A DNA stretch of 64,000 nucleotides, taken from positions 25,990,954 to 26,054,953 of the forward strand of contig CP154954.1 in NCBI GenBank assembly GCA_039621445.1, in the 5' to 3' direction. The position numbers and the translations under genes were made by a program. The notes beneath the pieces were generated by a model, which was not told where the DNA came from, made no database searches, and worked only from the letters and a program-made list of their open reading frames with translations. The stretch comes from Euglena gracilis. Its lineage: Eukaryota. How positions within the stretch are numbered: the first letter of the stretch is position 1; every line of letters starts with the position of its first letter. Below are positions 46,201-58,498 of the stretch, piece after piece.

Positions 46201-49200
46201 GACTTGGAAAAACAAGGGACTTTTGTATTTTCGGGCCCTCCATCAGTTGGACAACACAAGGGATTTGCCCCACAAAAACACCTTGGAAACACAAGGGATT
46301 TGCCCCCCAAACGATTTGGAGACACAAAGGATTTTGTTATTTTGGGGCCCCCGATCAGATGAACAACACAACGGATTTACCGCCCAAAACGATTTGGAAC
46401 CACAAGGGATTTGCCCCCCAAAACGACGTGGAGTCACAAGGGATTTTATTATTTTGGGGCCCTCGATCGGTTGAACAACACAAGGGATTTCCCCCCCAAA
46501 ACGATTTGAAAACACAAAGAACTTGCCCCCCAAAACGACTTGGGGACACAAGAGATTTTATTATTTTGGTGACCTCGATCGGTTGAACAAAACAAGAGAT
46601 TTGACCACAAAACGACTTGGAAACACAAGGGATTTTATTATTTTCGGGCCCTCGATCAGGTGGACAACACAAGGGATTGGCCCTACAAAAAAACCTTGCA
46701 AACACAAGGGATTTGCCCCCCAAAACTATTTGGACACTCAAGGGATTTTGTTATTTTGGGGCCCTCGATCAGTTGAACAACACAAGGGATTTACCCCCCA
46801 AAACGATTTGGAACCACAAGGGATTTGCCCCCCAAAAACGACCTCGGTTCATAAGGGATTTTATTATTTTGGGTCCCTCGATGGGTTGAACCACACAAGG
46901 GATTTGCCCCCCAAAACGACTTGGAAACACAAGGGATTTTGATATTTACGGGCCCTCGATCAGTTGGACAACACAAGGGATTTGCCCCACAAAAAAACCT
47001 TGGAAACACAGGGGATTTGCCCCCCAAAACGATTTGGAGACACAAGGGATTTTGTTATTTTGGGGCCCTCGATCAGTTGAACAACACAACGGATTTACCC
47101 CGCAAAACGATTTGGAACCACAAGGGATTTGCCCCCCAAAAACGAATTGGATTCATAAGGGATTTTATTATTTTGGGTCCCTCGATCGGTTGAACAACAC
47201 AAGGGATTTCCCCCCCAAAACGATTTGAAAGCACAACGGACTTGCCCCCCAAAACGACTTGGGGACACAAGGGATTCTGTGTTTTTTTGTGCCCTCGATC
47301 AATTGAACAACACAACGGATTTACCCCCCAAAACGATTTGGAACCACAAGGGATTTGCCCCCCAAAACGACTTGGAGTCACAAGGGATTTTATTATTTTG
47401 GGGCCCTCGGTCGGTTGAAGAACACAAGGGATTTGCCACCCAAAACAACTTAGAAACACAAGGGATTTGCCCCCCAAAACGCCTTGGGGACACAACGGAT
47501 TTTATTATTTTGGTGCCCTCGATCGGTTGAAAAACACAGAGGGATTTGCCCGCAAAAACAACTTGGAAACACAAGGGATTTGCCCCCCAAAACGACTTGG
47601 AGACACAAGGGATTTGCCCCCCAAAACGATTTGGAGACACAAGGGATTTTGTAATTTTGGGCCCTCGATCAATTTAGCAAAACAACGGATTTACCCCCTA
47701 AAACAACTTGGAACCACAAGGCATTTGCCCCCTAAACGACTTGGAGTCACAAGGGATTTATTATTTTGTCGACCTCCATCGGTTGAACAACACAAGGGAT
47801 TTGCCCCCCAAAACGACTTTGCAACACAAGGGATTTGCCCCCCAAAAAGACGTGGAGTTACAAGGGATTTTATTATTTTGGGGCCCTCGATCGGTTGAAC
47901 AACACAAGGGATTTCCCCCCCCCAAAACCATTTGAAAACACACAGATCTTGCCCCCCAAAACGACTTGGGGAGACAAGGGATTTTTTATTATTTTGGTGC
48001 CCTCGATCGGTTGAACAAAACAAGGGATTTGCCCCCCAAAAAGACTTGGAAACACAAGGGATTTTATTATTTTCAGGCCCTCGATCAGTTGGACAACACA
48101 ACCGATTTGCCCCACAAAAACACCTTGGAAACACAAGGGATTTGCCCCCCCAAACGATTTGGAGACACAAAGGATTTTGTTATTTTGGGGCCCTCGATCA
48201 GATGAACAACACAACGGATTTACCCCCCAAAACGATTTGGAACCACAAGGGACTTGCCCCCCAAAACGACTTGGATTCACAAGGGATTTTATTATTTTGG
48301 GTCACTCGATCGGTTGAACAACACAAGGGATTTCCCTCCCAAAACGATTTGAAAACACAACGGACTTGCCCCCCAAAACGACTTGGAGACACAAGGGATT
48401 TTGTTTTTTTTGGGCCCTCGATCAATTGAACAACACAACGGATTTACCCCCCAAAACGATTTGGAACCACAAGGGATTTGCCCCCCCAAACGACGGGGAG
48501 TCACAAGGGATTTTATTATTTTCGGGCCCTCGATCGGTTGAACAACACAAGGGATTTCCCCCCCCCCAAACGATTTGAAAACACAAAGAACTTGCCCCGC
48601 AAAACGACTTGGGGACACAAGGGATTTTACTATTTTGGTGCCCTCGATTGGTTGAACAAAACAAGGGATTTGCCCCCCAAAACGACTTGGAAACACAAGG
48701 GATTTTATTATTTTCGGGCCCTCGATCAGGTGGACAACACAAGGTATTTGCCCCCCAAAACGATTTGGACACACAAGGGATTTTGTTATTTTGGGGCCCT
48801 CGATCAGTTGAACAACACAACGGAATTACCCCCCAAAACGATTTGGAACCACAAGGGATTTGCCCCCCAAAAACGACTTGGATTCATAAGGGATTTTATT
48901 ATTTTGGGTCCCTCGACCGGTTGAACAACACAAGGTATTTGCCCCCCAAAACGACTTGGAAACACAAGGGATTTGCCCCCCAAAACGATTTGGACACACA
49001 AGGGATTTTGTTATTTTGGGGCCCTCGATCAGTTGAACAACACAACGGATTTACCCCGCAAAACGATTTGGAACCACAAGGGATTTGCCCTCCAAAAACG
49101 CCTTGGATTCATAGGGATTTTATTATTTTCGGGCCCTCTATCGGTTGAACAACACAAGGGATTTCTCCCCCCCAAAACGATTTTAAAACACAACGGACTT

Positions 49201-51418
49201 GCCCCCCAAAACGACCTGGGGACACAAGGGATTTTGTTTTTTTTGGGGGCCCTCGATCAATTGAACAACTCAACGGGATTTACCCCCAAAACGATTTGGA
49301 ACCACAAGGGATTTGCCCCCCAAAACGACTTGGAGTCACAAGGGATTTTTTTATTTAGGGGCCCTCGATCGGTTGAACAAAACAAGGGATTTGCCACCCA
49401 AAACAACTTGAAAACACAAGGGATTTGCCCCCCAAAACGCCTTGAGGACACAACGGATTTTATCATTTTGGTGCCCTCGATCGGTTGAAAAACACAAGGG
49501 ATTTGCCCCCAAAAACAACTTCGAAACACAAGGGATTTGCCGCCCAAAACGACTTGGAGACACAAGGGATTTGCCCCCCAAAACGATTTGGAGACACAAG
49601 GGATTTTGTAATTTTGGGCCCTCGATCAATTTAACAAAACAACGGATTTACCCCCAAAACGACTTGGAACCACAAGGCATTTGCCCCCTAAAAGGCCTTG
49701 GAGTCACAAGGGATTTTATTAAGTTGTCGACCTCCATCGGTTGAACAACACAATTGATTTGCCCCCCAAAACGACTTTGCAACACAAGGGATTTGCCCCC
49801 CAAAACGACTTGGAGTCACAATGGATTTTATTTTTTTGGTGCCCCCGATCGGTTGAACAACACAAGGGATTTGCCCCCCAAAACGACTTGGGGACAAAGG
49901 GGATTTTGTTTTTTTTGGGGGGGCCTCGATCAATTGAACGACACAACGAATTTACCCCCAAAACGATTTGGAACCACAAGGGATTTGCACCCCAAAACGA
50001 CTTCGAGTCACAAGGGACTTTATTATTTTGGGGCCCTTGATCGAATTGAACAACACAAGGGATTTACCCCCCAAACAAAACATGGAAACACGAGGGATTT
50101 GCCCCACAAAACGACTTGGAGACACAAGGGATTTTATTATTTTGGGGCCCTCTATCGGTTGAACAAAACAAGGGATTTGCCCCCCAAAAGGACTTGAAAA
50201 CACAAGGGATTTTGTTATTATCGGGCCCCGGATCAGTTGGAAAACACAAGGGATTTGCCCCCCAAAACGACTTGGAACCACAACCGATTGGCCCCCCAAA
50301 ACGACTTGGAGTCACAAGAGATTTTATTCTTTTGGGGCCTTCGACCGGTTGAACAACACAAGGGATTTGCCCCCCAAAACGACTTTGCAACACAAGGGAT
50401 TTGCCCCCCAAAACGACTTGGAAACACAAGGGCTTTTATTATTTTAGGGCCCTCGATCGGTTGAACAACACAAGGGATTTGCCCCCCAAAACGACTTGGA
50501 GACACAAGGGATTTTAATATTTTGGCGTCCTCGATCGGTTGAACAACACAAGGGATTTGTGCCCCAAAACGACCTGGCAACACAAGGGACTTGCCCCCCA
50601 AAAGACTTGGAGACATAAGGGATTTTACTATTTTGGGGTCCTCGATCGGTTGAAGAACACAAGGGACTTGCCCCCAAAACAATTTGGCAACACAAGGGAT
50701 TTGCCCCCCAAAACGACTTGCAGACATAAGGGATTTTATTATTTCGGGGCCCTCGATCGGTTGAAAAAAACAAGGGACTTGCCTCCCAAAACAACTTGAA
50801 AACACAAGTGATTTGCGCCCCAAGACGACTTGGAGACACAAGTGATTTTATTATTTTGGGTCCTCCGATCGGTTGGACAACACAAGGGTTTTGACCCCCA
50901 AAACGACGTGCAAACACAACGGACTGGCCCCCCCAAAACGACTTGGAGACACAAGGGATTGTAATATTTTGGGGTCCTCGATCGGTTGAACAACACAAGG
51001 GATTTGTGCCCCAAAACGACATGGAAACAACCGGGATTTCATTATTTTGGGGCCCTCGATCAGTTGGACATCACAAGGGATTTGCCCCACAGAACAATTT
51101 GAAAACACAAGGGACTTGCCCCCCAAAACGACCTCAAGTCCAACCTCAAGTCCAAGTTCAATTCCTGTTCAAATGGGCAAAAAAAATTCTCCACAATTTT
51201 TTTGTGGGGGAGGCGAGGTCGTGGGGTGGGCCGACCCTAGGGTCGGCCCTACGGTCGGCCCACGACCCTAGGACGGTCGACCCTAGGGTCGGCCCACTCC
51301 ACATCCTGGGGGAGGGGGTCGACCTTAACGACTTTAGCGACCCTAGCGACCCTAAGGTCGTATTGGGCCGACCCTAGGGTCGGCCCACTACCCCCCCCCC
51401 AGGCCAGTTCTGGGAGCC
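43222..51418. mobile_element. Non-autonomous Mutator-like (MULE/foldback) TIR element carrying a satellite array
   Basis: ~220-bp TIRs (43222-43447 versus ~51195-51418), GG...CC ends, and a 9-bp direct repeat TGACTGAAA at 43213-43221 and 51419-51427. Confidence 0.8.
43549..51135. repeat. ~7.6-kb satellite built from 34-bp and 44-bp monomers
   Basis: A = CACAAGGGATTTGCCCCCCAAAACGACTTGGAGA; B = CACAAGGGATTTTATTATTTTGGGGCCCTCGATCGGTTGAACAA. Mostly AAB or AB order. Confidence 0.95.
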
Positions 51419-51541
51419 TGACTGAAAGCACGATCAAAATATTTGGGGGGGGGGGCTGTCTCTTGTGATGCCAACTCCCATTCACATTTCGAAACGTCGC
51501 AAAACATTCTGAGCGCCTGGCGTAGGACCGATTGCAAATTT

Positions 51542-54500
51542 TTATCCACAATAATTCTTGAAAACCTCATTCATTCTGCCTCCTGGTTGCACAAACGAAG
51601 CCACAGGCTCCCATGTACTGCCGCTTGCCGGAAAATTCTCCAACCAAACCAAAAATTTCCATCCCCCTTGGTACTTCTGCTTCAACATCTGGTAAACATT
51701 GTAAAAACCCAGTTGTGCTTGTTCTTCTTCTGACATCTGGAGGGGAGGTTCCCCTCCCTGGTCTGACATGGGGGAGTCACCCTCCACTGGGGCTTCCACA
51801 ACCACATCACCGGTCAAAAGGTCTGCGTCTTCTTCCAAAAGACTTTCTTCGTGCAAAGCAACCTCCCACTTTTTTGCACAAACCCAAAGAGACATAAATG
51901 ACCCCTCCCAAAGATGGACTGCTTGCAATTTGCACTGAATTGAACCTCGATTTGAGAACCCGAAAAAGTCCTTGCCAGGGGGGGAAAGCTTGTGCCATGA
52001 TTTGTTTGGCCATCTTTTGTTGTGCACCAAAACATAGTCATCTTCTTGAATTTTGGCTGGTACCCTCTCTTTGTTTGCACTCTCAAAATGTTTTTTTTTC
52101 TCAATTCTTTCAACCTCTGGGAAGCTCTTTCTTTAATTTCAACTTGGTTCAAAGCCAGGAATGGGTTTCTGGGTTTGTCGCTTGTTCTGGTGGTAATTCA
52201 AACCTCCAACCTGGTCTTCCTAAAAACCCCATTTCATGGGGTGATAACATTGTTGTGCGGGAAATCTGTCAACCTATCAAAACCGTGCAATACGGAATAA
52301 GTTGAACCCAATTTTTGTCCTTGACAGAAAGGCTCAAAGCTCTCATATTCTGCAAAAACATTTTGGTGACATTTTCAACCAAACCGTTTGACCTGGGGTT
52401 CCAGGGTAACGAAAACAAAAATTTCACGTCTAGAGCTTTAAAGGCTGTCTGGTAAAAACCACTGGGCTGCCTGAATCTCACGTCGTTGTCAGACCTCACA
52501 ACGGACGGTTTTCCAAAAACAGAAATCCACCGGTGCAAAATAAGTCTCAAAACACCTTCTCCGGTTAGCGTTTTTTGTGTGGGGATGAATTGGCAAAAAT
52601 GGGACAAATTGTCGACCATAGTCAGCACATAGTCAAATCCATTGTAGGGGTCCATTTGCACAAAATCCAAACACAAAAATTCATTGCTCACTGTTGGAAT
52701 CGGTAAAGAACCCACCTTTCCACGGTGACTGGGGCGATTTTGTTTTGAAATGGGGCAAATTTCATATGTCATCACAATGGCTTTGCAAATTTCCAACATG
52801 TCTTTCTTGGAAACCTTGGACTGAAAATGGCTCAAAAAAAACAACAGTGTCCTTTCAGCACCAACATGGTTGCTTGCCCTGTGACATTCATCCAAACAAA
52901 CCTTCAACAAATGAGACAGAACAACCAATTTTCCTTCACAGTACATGGCCTTGGCAGATCTGAACCAAAACTCATTGTCAATGAAACAAGGTTTCGAAAC
53001 CTCCACTTTCTCCAAAAATTATTTCAGTTCTGAACTTAAATATTGCTTTTCAGACACTTGCAATCTGGGGGACAAACTGAAAATCTTTTGCCAAAGCAGG
53101 TCAAACTGCACATCCATTTTCTGAAAAGCGTTCCTTGTTTCTTCCTGAAAACGAATTTCAAATTTGTTTGTTTTGTTCTCAAAATCAGCACGAGACAAAA
53201 AATCACACAGCTCATTTTTGCAACCTGCCACATGCACGATATTCAGTTTGAACTGGTGCAAAAACACATACATCCTTCTCAGCATTTTGTTTAGGGGGGG
53301 GTTCACCCTTCAGAAAAGAGGTGGCTGCCTCATTTTTTGTCATCCACACAATTGGCAGATTTTGCAAATCCTTTTTTGTGAAGCAATGGTCAGCACACCA
53401 CTCAAAAATTCCTTTTCCCAGGTGGTGTATTTTTTTCTCGCCTCATTCCATTTCCAGTTGTAGTGCCCCAAAGGAACCAACCTCATTTCACTGGGGTAGT
53501 TGCTTTTCAAGGTTCCATCCACTTTCACACCACTTGTTCGAAAATTGTCAGGTATTTGTGTTTGTTGGAGGGTTTGCCACTGAAACAAAGCAGAACCACC
53601 TCCCAAATCCGAACTGTCAGTCACCAAAACAATCTCTCCTGAACTCCTGGGGGTACCCAAAACATCGAGGGATGATAATTTGCTTTTCAAAGCATTCAAA
53701 CAACTCTCCTTCTTTTCAGTCCACCTCCATTTCACATTCTTTTTCAGAAGATATTTCAGTGGGGCTGAATCAAAGATAAACCCTTTCATGTGTCTGCGGT
53801 AAAAATTCATGGCTCCCAAAATTCGCCTAAGATCCCTTTGATTCTGAACTCGAAAACTCAAAATTAGTTCAATGTTCCTCTTGTTTGCCTGCCACATTCC
53901 CCATCCCAAAGAGAAGCCCAGGTAGTCAATAGTCTGATTCAGAAAAGAACGTTTGCTCAATTTGATTCTCACTTGGTTCTTTCTGCAAACTTCAAACCAC
54001 TTTTCCAAAACATACAAATGGTCCTCCTCAGAATTCGCACCAAGGCAGGGGTGGTCAACAACCTGTTGTCAGTAGGAAAGCCAGTGTCCCACCTTTTCAA
54101 AATCTCTCTCACTCTCAAATCCGTTTTGCATTGGGATGTTAGGATTTCCATCAACTCCTGAAAAATCCCTGGGGCATTCATCACCCAACCAGTTACATCT
54201 TTTGGTCCTTATTATTGGATCTAAAACACCTCCCTTAAAGAATGCAAAATGCAGACAAATTTGCTGCTCTTTTTCTGATTGGGATTTGCCAATACCCACT
54301 CCTCATGTTCAGCGTACTTTTGAACCGACACTTGGCCAAACTTTCAATCAGAATTTCCATGTTTGGAAAAAAACCTGCAAGTGCTTTGCCTCTGGAATTC
54401 AATTTTCCATAATGAATGACCAACCTTCTGGTACTTGACCCTTTTTTGTCCACCAAAAATGTGGGGCTGCACACCTGATGGATTTCACCAACTGGGAATT

Positions 54501-56286
54501 GCTCAAACAACCCTGACTTAAGCAATTCTTCACACTGAATGTCAATGTCTTTTTCATCCTCCTGGTGCATGGGCCAACACTTTTGCCTTAGGGGTTTCCC
54601 TTCCCATTCAGTCTCAAACTCGATTTCCATCAAAACAGGCAGGGATGAAGCCTCAGAAATTGTGGGCAATGGTCCAAAAACATCAGAAAATCTCACCAAA
54701 AGCTCATACAACCTGGGGTGGTCTCTGAATTTCTCAACTTCTTTCTTAAATTCTCCACTCAGGTTCTCAGTAAAAAATTTGCTGCTTTCTTCATTAGCCT
54801 TTTTCTGGGCCTCCAAAGTCCACATCTTTTCATGTAAATCTTGGGAAATGCTTTTGACTTCAGCCATCTTGATTGTTGCCTTTGGAGTCTTCATAGGTTT
54901 TGCAAACTGAATAAAAAAAAAAAATTGGAAAAAAAAAATGAAAAAAAAAAAAAAACAATCACTTTCTACATCTTTTCTCACCTCCTGAAAAAGACTCAGC
55001 TCACTTTCAATGTCCTTTGTCAATTCAGCCAAAAAAAATGAAGTTTTCATGCTCACTCATTGGTTCAAACACCACCACATTGTCCAACCATTCTTTCACC
55101 TTTCTTCTGACTCCTTGGGGCGAACACTCTCCAAAGGAAAACTTGGACTTTAAAAAACTTTCTGGGCTGAAGGTGGATTGACAGATTGTTGTGCATGCTG
55201 CTGGGGGGGGGGAACATCAGGAAGATCTGGGAAATCAACTTGAATTTCATTATCCACGGTGGGGTACTTTCTGTTCTCACCTCTCAGTTCATCCAAACTC
55301 CAGTTTCTTAAAACTTTCCTGAGCCAACTGACAATTCTGGGGTCCAAAAGCTCAAAATCCACTTTTAATTGCACTGTGTCCACCACACTCACAAAAGTGT
55401 TCCACAGGGTGGAAGGAAAAGCCTTTTTACACCTGTCACCCACAAACAAGGGAACCCCACTCGGAATTTTCTCCCTGGCAACCGTTACCCTTTCCAGCAG
55501 GGGGGACCAGTACTGGTCCACCCAGTCTGGGTGCACCAGGACCACTTTTGTTTCTTAAAGGCACAACTTGGTCACCACTTTGCTTAGTTGGCTGAAGAGG
55601 TGGTTTGCCCACAGAAACTTGCAAGCACCAATGTCACACAACAATTTTTCCCAGGAATACTTGTAGGCTGAATTCCCTTTCGTCATGTACAAAGACTGTG
55701 TGTGGTTCAGGTGGTTTGCAAAAGGATCAATGCAAATTTGGCCCTGAGAATTCTTCAATTCTTCCAAAGCTTCTGACTTCACTGGCTTTACCAAAGTGTA
55801 ACTTTCTGTCTTGAAAAGTCTGAAAATTCTTTTGATAGTGTGGTCTCCATCATGGCTCTGAAGTAAAAACTCCTCACCCTCGATGATGATTCTGGGGGGT
55901 CTGGTCAGCAACCCTCCAAAAAACTCACTCTCTGTGAAGTCAGTCCCCAAACCTGCCTCAAAGGCACAAGTATCCACCACAACAGCTTTCAATTTCAAAA
56001 TCTTGGACCCAAACTGCAAACACATCTCACAAGTTCCTTCTGAGAAAATGTACTCGCCGTTGCCGATTTGCAGGGGTGCGGCAGCACTTCGTTGAATTTT
56101 CCCCTCAGGGTCACACTTCTTACAAACTGCAGTGATGATGGCCCCTGTGTCCAAAATGGCTTGAACATCCTTTCCATAAACCTTCACTGGCAAAAGGTAA
56201 GTTTTACACACCATCTCGAGCAATTGCAAAGCATCAGCTTTTCTCTTTTTGGGGTTCTCACCCTGGGGGGTAACCTGGGTTTGCAC
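51542..56286 (-). pseudogene. pol: pol of element B: protease, Dam-like MTase, RT, RNase H, integrase, chromodomain (frameshifted)
   Basis: AILDTGA (AP); IDPFAN..YSW..LWANHLFSQL..VLVHPDW..YW (MTase); SPTFLVDKK..RLVIHYGKLN..MRSGYWQI (RT); LVTDSSDLGGG (RH); CHRASNHVG..CLDFV..RSDNDVRF..SNGLVE (INT); FLVWLENFPASGSTWEP (chromodomain). Confidence 0.9.
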
Positions 56287-56359
56287 TCCCTGGGGTTGAA
56301 CAGAAGGGGTCCCCTTACCTGCCCCCTTCTGGGCTGCTGCCTTCTTTTTCTCAAACTTT

Positions 56360-57306
56360 TCTCTTGACCAACATTTGTCTTCATAATGCCCTTTTTTGTG
56401 ACAAAATCGACAGAAAATTGTGGCTGCAAATCATGGGGCTGGGGTGTCATCAGCTTTTATTTCACCCTTGCCTTTGCCTTTTCATTTGCCTCTTCCTTTT
56501 CCACCAGATTTTCCACCTTTTCCAGATTTTGTGACACTTTCACCAACTTTTTCTGATTGGTCAGGTGGTCTTTCAATCAGGGGTCTGAGTTTTTTTTTTT
56601 TCAGCAAATTCCTCTACAACCAATCTTCAGAACTTTTTTCCAAAAATGTTTTCCTTAAATCTGTGAATGTCTCAGAACGATGTTGATGAAATCTGTCTGC
56701 CCTTATGTCCGCATACATTCTGGGGTGTAATTTCGTCAGCAAAACAAGAAACTTTTCCTGTTCACTCATGGCCTGGGGGCTCAATCTGGCCATCAAATTG
56801 TCCAACTCAATGAAACGTTTTTTGATGTCTTGGGGTTCAGGGTTCTGTGAAAGTGCTGGAAATTTCTCAATGGCAGATCTTAAAGTCATGTCATTTTCCA
56901 GTGTTGGGAACAGTTTTGCAATTTCCAACAGCACCATTTCAAAATCATCATTCTAATCAATCACTTTTTCAACCTGTTTTTTCACCTTGGGGGTGCAACA
57001 TTCCAACAGCCAATCCTTTTTCTGGACAATTCCAAATGCAACAGCACCAGTTAACCTCAACCATCTGCCAAAATCTTTCAAAAACTCTGGCCAGTTTGCA
57101 CCAGCAAACTCTGGCAATTTCACAGGGGGTAATCTTGAACTTTGGGTTGAACTTTGGCTGGGGTTGCTGGAGTTTGGTTCCACAATTTGTTTCAAAAATG
57201 TTTCAACCTGGGTGATGGGGTTCAGGGTAAACACAGACTGACTGCTGGTGGCTGATTTGATTTCCAATTCTTGCACCCTTCTTTCCAAATCTTCAATGGA
57301 AGACAT
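56360..57306 (-). pseudogene. gag: gag of element B
   Basis: PPVKLPEFAG.NWPEFLKDFGRWL capsid-like segment; CCHC knuckle CRFCHKKGHYEDKC at ~56370-56415; internal stops. Confidence 0.8.
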
Positions 57307-57742
57307 TTCTGCAGCTCACTTTCAAAAAACTCAACTACTGGCTCTTTGAAACTGGACACTGGGAAAAACACTGGCAAACCCAAAAAGGTGAATAAAACTG
57401 AAGAAACCAGAACAGAAAACCAACCACTTGGCTCAGGACCAGGTCAGCAAGATGATGAAGATCTTGTCTCCACCAGGATCTTGTTCTGGACACCAAGAAG
57501 AACTGCAGCACCAGCAGCTTCAACAACCAAGTAACCAGCACAACAACTGTTGAAAAATTCTCCACTGTGAACCACAGCCTCAATGTCAACTTCGTGTTGA
57601 AGATGTTGGGCTGTACCAGCAACTGGGTTAACTTTGCCTTCAGGAAGTACACCTTCTGGAACTTCAACAACCAGTAGAACAATGACCAGTCTCTTTGAAG
57701 ACGTCTTGGACGATTGGAACAACAAACCTCTGCGACCAACTT

Positions 57743-57950
57743 TGGACGTCTCAGAATATTCTTTTGTTTTTCTTGAAATCCTCGGACTCCAAATTTTCTG
57801 GATATCACAATTGACCAAAAGACGTAAACACAAATCAATGTGAAGACATAGAACCAAAGCCAGCCGTCAGCGGGGGAAAAGTTCGAATTAGGAATACAAA
57901 AGTCAGTTGGGCAGTTGTTAAGGTAAGTAGGTCAGCAAATAGTTCGCACA
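57743..57950 (-). repeat. 5' LTR of element B
   Basis: TGTGCGAAC...GACGTCCA, followed after 4 nt by the PBS. Confidence 0.85.
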
Positions 57951-58111
57951 GAGCAATGTTGCTGTGACAGGCACCCAGCAGATCGCCTGCCAAGCTGGCC
58001 AGTGCCCTGGGTTGCAACCTCTGTCTCTTCAATTGGTGTTTGATCTGAGTCAATGTCACTTGGTTCTAGTGTTGCAGCGGCTTGATTTTCTGGTGTCCCA
58101 GATATGTCAGT
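57951..58111 (-). pseudogene. DIRS pol fragment (RT C-terminus) between elements B and C
   Basis: LTYLGHQ...QPRALASLAGDLL; continues the RT at 62657 and leads into 42622 (..NIAL/QCLPAQLMK). Confidence 0.65.
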
Positions 58112-58498
58112 TGTGCGCAGCCTGAAGCCTGAATTAGGACTGAGCGCGCGCGCTGCACACTGTAATATGTGCTTTTTATGTTCAGTCAAACCTCATGAGT
58201 TGATTGCTGGGCCCATGGGTCGTGGCCCCTTGGCATATATCTGGACCATGGGACTAACTGAGGACTTGGAGATTTGAGTTTTGTGCTGTGGTTGAAGTTT
58301 GGAAATTTGAAGTGGAAGTTGCTTGCCAATGGGTGGCAAAGCAAGGCCCAAGGCGAAGGCAAAACCCAAGGCAAAGCCAAAGCCAGCCAAACAGGGGGCC
58401 CGGGGTTGGGCGGCGGAAAAGGTGTGGATTGCGAAAAGAACCCCCACCCCCGGCGAAGCCCCTGTTTCACAATCAACTCACCTGTAACGACCAGGCGG

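Larger units (their letters stand above)
42623..57950 (-). mobile_element. Ty3/Gypsy chromodomain LTR retrotransposon B (structurally complete, decayed)
   Basis: 208-bp LTRs 57743-57950 and 42623-42830 (TG...CA). PBS TGGTCGCAGAGG (57727-57738, -). G-tract PPT before the 3' LTR. Order: gag, AP, MTase, RT, RH, INT, chromodomain. Confidence 0.9.

Noticed and set aside
43549-51135. CRISPR-like array (constant CACAAGGGATTT head with intervening sequence)
   Set aside because: The intervening parts are themselves two recurring sequences, not unique spacers. There are no cas genes and the context is eukaryotic.
43491-51377. Dozens of overlapping ORFs in the satellite
   Set aside because: They are translations of tandem repeats in all frames, with no protein signature.
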